DNA from: Epithemia pelagica
Lineage: Eukaryota; Protista; Bacillariophyta
Reading direction: 5' to 3'
Length of the DNA: 64,000 nt
NCBI GenBank assembly: GCA_946965045.2
Contig: OX337240.1
Span: 310,001 to 374,000 of the forward strand
This document shows, piece by piece, positions 57,445 through 64,000 of the stretch. Below the pieces are notes generated by a model. It did not search any database. It saw only the letters and a program-made list of their open reading frames with translations, and was not told the DNA's origin. Position 1 is the first letter of the stretch, and each line of letters begins with the position of its first letter. The position numbers and the translations under genes are program-made.

Positions 57445-59394
57445 TCATGTATAGCAGATGAGTTCGAGGTTTTGAACATGGTTCTTGACATGCATGATAG
57501 CGTCATTCTTCCCTTGCGGGAATACTTTCTGTCGGGAGGTCCGTGTTGTGATGATTGTCGTCACCATCACGGTACTTATTTTCCGCTCATGGCATTCTAC
57601 CACCACGTTGGCGTCCGCTAGTTGCGACAAAACGCACGACTCCATAGTGGCCTCACGCCGTGATGTTTCTTGGTTTGTGCAATGTGGTTGACCCTCCTCG
57701 TCATTGTAGCATTCGTTGGACAAGCACGACGATTCCTCATCTTGTTCTATGCGCCCACCAACGGTATGGGCCCGAGCATCCAATGGTGTATGACTCACAA
57801 CTGCAAAACTTGGTGTGATGGTAGAAGAGGTTCTCGGTGCAGTCTCGGGTAGTGAATGGGAGGTTGCACTCCTTTCTGTCTCATTCTTCTCTCCACTCGA
57901 ACTGTCCGGCGTAGTAGTTTTTGTCGTCGTCGTTAGAACAGCCATGGATGTGATGGTCTCGGGTGGATGATTTGGTGTCATAGGGTCCTCCTCTATTGCA
58001 GTACCAACCTCCGAGTTGCCAACAGTCGTATTCTCAAGAGTCACTACCGGAACGTCAGTAATACTGGTGATGTTAAGCGTTCCTCCGCCATTTCTCGGTC
58101 GTCCTTCGGCCGCTCCTCGTCGTCGCAAGGACGCTGCCGTTCGTTTGGCGACTCGCTGTTCAATGAATGGTCCAAACAATGGAAGTCGCCGCAAAAAGGC
58201 CAGACTCTTGCCATCTTGAATCAGAGTGTCAAACGTTCCTCGAAAATACAAAATGGCATTGAAAAATCCCTGCAATAACAACAAAGTGTGATTCCAGTCT
58301 TTGGCACACAATAGTACAAACCGCCACCCAAACCAGGCCCTAGATACATACCTGCATGGGTGTAAATGTCTTGACCAAGAGAGCCAACAAGAATTGCAAA
58401 CTTTGTTGGTCCGTGGCATTGTCCCGATTGTCGGGCTGTGCATAGGAAATAATGGGTGGTGCATAGGTAATGAAAAAGGCGGCAATATACCACAATCCTT
58501 GCACAGCCGTCGCCTTGGTGCGAACATAATTGGGTGATGATTCGTTCGAATTGGCCGTCACGGTGTATCGGTGCAAATTCCGTTCAATCTGTCGAACCTT
58601 GTGCACAATCAAAATCATGCACACAATAATCACAGCCCAGGCGGCAATGACCAAAAACACGACACTGCTGTAGGCTTTGAAATTGCTCCCTCGAACGCAC
58701 GTTGTGCTATTCGAATTGTTGTTGTTGTTGTTGTTCTCGTCATCTTCCACGCAAAAGGGAGGATTGTCCGAGAACCAACACCATCCGGGCAAGTCACGTA
58801 CTGGATTAAAGACATCGTCGGCAATGCCAGCAATACCATAGGCCAGCGGCGTGGCAATACTCCAACCATGAAGTTCAAAGTGGTAGGCAACTTTCCTAAT
58901 AGGTACGTTGTAGAAGCGAAAAGATTGTCAGTGACTCATGGGGGGTGGGGGTGGGGGGAATGTTAATCTACAGAGAGACGACTTCCCCTCCCTTCACTAA
59001 CATGCACGTACCGGTCCTTCCATTCCCAGCGCAACAAGAGGACAAACTGAATGGCCAAAAAGGTGGAATACCAAATCGTACCAACATAGAGAGTCAAGAA
59101 AAAACCCGATGCTTCACACGTGGCCACGTGGCCTCGTCCACTTCGTCCATAAGCATAATCGGCAGGAACGGCCCAGGGTCCTAAAATGATCATGGCCAAG
59201 GAGGTGATGAGATTCAAGATACTGAGGGCCAACATGATGCGTTGATACACTTGTTGCAACAAGGTTCGCCGGTCAAACCAAATGGCCCACAAGGTCAAGC
59301 CGGCACCCACCACCGATAGAGGTGCCGTAAAGTAGGGAAGAAAGGCCAATACATCTTCTGGTGTTTCGGTGTACAAGGGGTCTGGATCGGTCAT
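57445..59394 (-). CDS. 7TM GPCR-like receptor (cAMP-receptor-like type), 583 aa spliced
   Basis: Exons 59394..59012, 58895..58352 and 58269..57445; introns of 116 and 82 nt keep phase. Motifs VYQRIMLALS, TCEASGFF, PGWCW and QGFFNAILYFR; long S/T-rich C-tail. Confidence 0.85.
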
Positions 59395-59512
59395 GGATCG
59401 TCGTGAAAGAGGAACGCAGGAGTTTGGTTGTTAGTGCCTGAGTGCTTTTCTGTGGGGAGAAAAGGTGGAATAGGAGTATAGCCGAAAGGAAGTGTGCGTC
59501 GTCGAGTTTTAG

Positions 59513-59515
<3 letters not shown>

Positions 59516-59558
<43 letters not shown>
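59516..59558. repeat. (CT)n microsatellite upstream of GPCR 1
   Basis: Seen directly. Confidence 0.95.
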
Positions 59559-59561
<3 letters not shown>

Positions 59562-60338
59562 GAGACAACACTGCATGCACCCCTTCCTTCTTACAACACA
59601 ACAAATGTAGTTGTGGGAGCTGGGAATTACTCGCTCTTGGTCACACCTTTTATGGTGTCTGTTGTCTAAGACAACAGAACTTGTCTTGTCTTTTTTGTCT
59701 TGATGGTTCGAATTTGTAGCACCAAAAAGACACCAAGGCCCAAAGGAAGGTTTATGTTGCGCAGATGTGTGACACTCTTTGGACTTTCCAGGATTATAGG
59801 GGGCCATTCAAACAGCTGTCATAATAATTACTGGTTGTCGCGTCGCCTTGAGAACTGCCCAAAAATCGCTAATGAGTCGCACTACAATTTCCTTCCCCGT
59901 CGTTGTCGATAGAGGTCGAGCGAGTCGTATCTTTCTTGCCTCGAACAGTGCAAGAGTGGACGATGACGACGACCATGACAGCAACAACAATCATCCTGTG
60001 TGACGACGATGGTCTCAATGACTTTCTCTCAGGAAAAGTATTCCAAACGTGAAGCTGGGTAGGCAGGTAGGAAGCTGGGAAGCTATGCGATGTACTTCAA
60101 GTCTTCAGAGAAACGTGGTTGGAAATGTTGTGGTCTAAATACCAGGTTTAGGATAGTACTGTAACGTGTGTAGTTGTATTCTTGGTTCCAATCTCTTCTA
60201 ATGGGTCTTGAAATACTTTGGGATCCGTGGAACGTCAAAAGTCATCGAACAATGCCTGGACCTTTCGGTAGAGATCACGATTCTTGTGGCCTTGACGCTT
60301 GAATCTTCTTCTTCTTCTTCTTCTTGACCCCTGGTAGT

Positions 60339-60545
60339 TTAGGAGGATTCATCCCACTTTTGCTTGTTGTAACCCAAGACCGCAGCCGCCTTTTGTTGTT
60401 CGGCGTTCAAGTCATCCCAGTCGTAGTCCTCAAAATCGGTTTCTTCATCGGCGTCCCACTTTTTCGCGTTGTATCCCAAGACGGCAGCCGCCTTTTGGAC
60501 TTCAGCGGGAAGTTCGGACCAATCGTACTCGTCGTATTCAGACAT
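60339..60545 (-). CDS. 68-aa protein made of two W-x-x-L-x6-AA-x-x-LGY-x4-WD repeats
   Basis: EYDWSELPAEVQKAAAVLGYNAKKWD / DYDWDDLNAEQQKAAAVLGYNKQKWD; the repeat is conserved at the protein level. Confidence 0.8.
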   Translation of the reverse strand: MSEYDEYDWSELPAEVQKAAAVLGYNAKKWDADEETDFEDYDWDDLNAEQQKAAAVLGYNKQKWDESS

Positions 60546-61692
60546 GGTGAAGATGAAACTGCGGATCAAACAAGAGGTTTCGACTTGGGAGGAGCTCCAA
60601 GGAATGAGACCAAGGACCGAGGAATGAAGAATGAACCGTCGAACAACGAGACATCCAGAATATCCAACGGCTCTCTATGATTCATGGATCGCATGCCAAC
60701 AAATGCCAACGGATCCTTTTGCACACGTGCGATCGCTTTCAACGCCTCTTCGATTCTTCCATACTTAACGAATTCTGTTAATTGGATCCTCGCGGTGCGC
60801 ATTCGACGTGCGACTGGACGCATTCAATCTTAGCACGGCGTGGATAGATGACACGTGCGGCCAATGCGCGCCATAAAAACATATAACAGCGCGAAAAATT
60901 CAAACACCAACGTCACGAGTCACGATCCGTTGGATGCTTCTAGGATTTGAAATTTTAAAGCTGGGGACGGTCATTTGCTTCCGAATTCCTCACAAAGTCG
61001 TCGCAAGCTGTCGCAAGACAAAAGACAGCAAACAGGAAGAAGCGACCGATGAAATGGAACATAGACCATCTCATGAATCATGAATCATGATAGTTACCAT
61101 TGGGAACTCTAGTAGCGTGGGAAGAACCTCCAACCCAAGTAAAAGAGACTGCCAGTCATCTTGAAGAAAACTCGCAAAAGTGAAGAGCTCTTGGATTTGC
61201 AGGAGAGGATGAGCGAGTCCCACAGACAGAAGCTCTGTGTTGATGAAAGGTTCATCTTTGGATGGAATTTGCAACGCAAATGAATTTGTAAGGCTCACTT
61301 TGCTTTAGATTTCGTACTACCTCTAGTGAACTTTCTGACACACTCGCTGATGAGCCTTTCGAATGGCATGGGTGGAGTTACGACCAAGTGCTTTGTGTCA
61401 TAGGAGTAAGATGTATATCGCAGCGGACTTAAAAGGCAGACTTTATACGTTCCTTCTTCCTCTAGAGAAAGAAGCATGTAAGCTTGAGCATCTCCAAAGG
61501 AGTACGTGTACTTCATGGCAATCCCATCTTCGGCAATACTGGAGTAGAAAATGAGTAGGAGTAATACCGTAGCATAGCAGTCCTAGCATCATCGAGTCGC
61601 GGCAAAGATGGCGTTAAATGAAAGTCATCGATCAGCAGCTGATTGATCTGGAAGACTTGAAGAAAGAAAAGGGGTTGGGGTGCCGAAAGGAC

Positions 61693-63245
61693 ATGACCTC
61701 AAGTACGGACCCCGCTCCCCTGTATACCGACACTCAAGCCAATGTTTTGGCCCTTCTTCCCTATTTCACGGCTCCATGGTCGGTGGCTGGTTCATGCCTG
61801 ATTTTGTGGTCGATCTGGTTCGATCGCAAGGAATTGTTGAAATATGTCTATCACCGCTTGATGTTGGCGATTAGTCTCTTTGACTTTATCAGTTCCATGG
61901 GCATATTGGTGTTGGGACCGTGGGCCGTGCCCTCTGATTGGCCCTATGGTCGGAGTGGGCGTGGAACCAATGGAACTTGCGAAGCCATGGGCTTTTTGTT
62001 GAATATGTTGATCGCCTCCATGTGGTATGGAGCCTTTCTCTCCATTCAGTTTGTTTTGGTACTTTGTTTGGAATGGAAGCAACGGTGAGTTGTTGGTTTT
62101 CCGTGAGTTGGGAGACTGTGATGGGTTTTTCTCATGCATTGGACTTCAATCAACCATTCTGTTGACATATGCACAGACGGATTGCCTGGTGTGTCGAGCC
62201 CTTGGCGCATTTGCTCGTTGGTTTGACCGTCATGGCTGGAGCTGGGGCTCTGTACAGTGATGTATTTAATCCACTCCGTCACTTGCCAGGCTGGTGTTGG
62301 TATGCGGATAATCCACCCTTTTGTTCCGATAACAATGAGAAACAATGCAATCGAGGAGACGATAACGAAATTTACAGCAACATTTTTTTCGATATTATTG
62401 GGGCCTGGATAGTCATTATTATTTGCATGACATTGATTGTTCTCAAAGTTCGACAAGTGGAACGAAAACTGCTGCAATACACTTTTGAAAGCATCGCACC
62501 GGCTTTCGGAGCTTCATGGCGACCACAAGGGAATCCTTCTCATGTTGCGTCGTTTACTCGCACCCGGGCCACGGCGTGGCAATCACTCTTGTAAATTGGA
62601 GCCTTCTTTGTTGTATTTTTACCGCCCGTCATTCTCATGTTGCTTCCAGAGAACCCGGAAGATGGGGGGAAGAAGGAAAGAAGAGTCAGGTTCTTTTTTG
62701 CGCTTTTGGTGAAAGTTTTTACTCCTCTGCTGGTGCGTGCTATGTGTCAGTCCCTTTCTTCTGTTGTCGGTGTGCTTGTGGTTTACCTGATACAACGGTT
62801 CTCTTTTGGAACACAACAGGAACAGGGACTCACCCATGTTTTGTATATTTCTTTGATTCAGGGATTGTTCAATGCCATTATTTATTTCCGACGACGGTTT
62901 GCCGACTTGATCAAGGATGGAAAAAGTTTGGCCTTTGTCAAACGTCTTCCAATGATTCGAGAATGGATCCAGAACAATAGGTCACAACGCAGTGATTCCA
63001 ATACAATGTCGAGCGACTCGAGGCCTCGGCCACCACCACAACAAGAGCAACAAGAACAACCAGTACAGGAAGATGATGGCGCAAGGTTGCAGGAGAATTC
63101 TTCACCAGTGGCCATTTCAGATCCTGTCCATACCACCACTGGTTGTGAGAATGGAGGAACGGCCTCTGTCAATGTCGCAGCGGACGATCCGCGTGGTGAC
63201 GACGTTTTGGCGACTTGCAATGAGAGACAGTGTACATCAAGCTGA
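61693..63245 (+). pseudogene. 7TM GPCR-like paralog 2 with an in-frame stop in TM6
   Basis: Collinear with GPCR 1; introns 62085..62176 and 62733..62861 are at equivalent positions. TAA at 62592-62594 aligns with Tyr of the paralog (WQSLL*IGAFF vs VQGLWYIAAFF). Confidence 0.75.
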
Positions 63246-63421
63246 CCGGGTTGAATCACAAAGACCATTCTGAACTGATTGGATTCTAGATTTTATAGGA
63301 GTGAGATATCCACAGCAAGAGAAAGCACAAAACTGGTGGTATCCTTTCGCAAAAGGCCAACACCCAAACGCCCGCATGGCAGAGAAAAAGAGAGAGACAG
63401 AGAGAGAGAGACACGGAGGGT

Positions 63422-64000
63422 TCATTCTTGGATCCCAGCGGCTTCCGCAAATTCCACTTCCACCAATGAGAACCGTCCCAGGCTCGTCTGATTCAGCAGT
63501 TGCCGAGCGTTGACAGAAGCTGGAAGTTCGACATAGAGCTCCAACAGGTTGTTGTTGTTGTTGTGGGTGTCATTGTCTTTGGTACTACTTCTACTACCTG
63601 TTTTTGCTTCCAAGCCCTCCACAATGCGAACAAGACCCGACTGGATTCCCAATGCCTCTCCCATGGCAGTCAAAATCTCCCATTCCATGGCGAGATTGAT
63701 TTCTTCTTGTTCCACTTCGTGTTGCAACCGAATCCATAGTCCTTGAGGACGAGGGAAAATGAGGCCGGTCTGTTCCAGTTGGTCGACATGGGTGCCTACA
63801 GGGAGCTGTTGACAAATGCTTCGATCTTCCAGAGAGGATGGAAATCCAATCCTGGACGTTGTATCGGTTCCGTAGGGTTGTCCGTCTTTGAAAAACGTGA
63901 CGATACCTTGGAGAAGATTGTCCAAGACATGACCCAGCCAATATCCTTGTGGATTGCTCGCATGAAGCATTTGTTCTTGTCGTGAAATCAAGTAATGGGG
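63422..64000 (-). CDS. C-terminal part of alpha/beta-hydrolase paralog 2 (continues beyond window)
   Basis: PHYLISRQEQMLH...FFKDGQPYGTD...EDRSICQQLPVG...RPQGLW aligns with 56397..57079. Confidence 0.8.
   Translation of the reverse strand, partial: PHYLISRQEQMLHASNPQGYWLGHVLDNLLQGIVTFFKDGQPYGTDTTSRIGFPSSLEDRSICQQLPVGTHVDQLEQTGLIFPRPQGLWIRLQHEVEQEEINLAMEWEILTAMGEALGIQSGLVRIVEGLEAKTGSRSSTKDNDTHNNNNNLLELYVELPASVNARQLLNQTSLGRFSLVEVEFAEAAGIQE

Overview
Eukaryotic nuclear DNA, most likely from a diatom. Evidence: GT-AG introns of 82-129 nt, a DUF6824-type protein, PT-rich mucins, cAMP-receptor-like 7TM proteins and many microsatellites. The window is dominated by local gene duplication. (1) A ~7.1-7.4 kb tandem duplication carries a sulfotransferase, an SV2/SVOP-like MFS transporter and a J-domain gene; the left copy is degraded. 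(2) Five intronless cytochrome P450s of mitochondrial-clan type, four of them clustered and one of those inverted. (3) Three type II membrane mucin genes share one N-terminus; two end in different head domains (legume lectin vs vWA-like) and one is truncated. (4) Three ISG12/IFI27-like genes have flanking CxxC motifs. (5) An alpha/beta-hydrolase + GPCR-like gene pair occurs twice in mirror image around a 68-aa two-repeat gene. There are also three MITEs from two families, a DUF6824 gene and a disrupted DUF6604-like gene. I saw no rRNA, tRNA or CRISPR array. All family assignments come from motif recognition by eye, not database searches. Several one-base frameshifts lie in homopolymers and may be assembly errors. 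Best candidates for undescribed biology: the ISG12-like/split-zinc-finger triplet, the head-swapping PPxY mucin family, and the mirrored hydrolase-GPCR module next to the P450 array.
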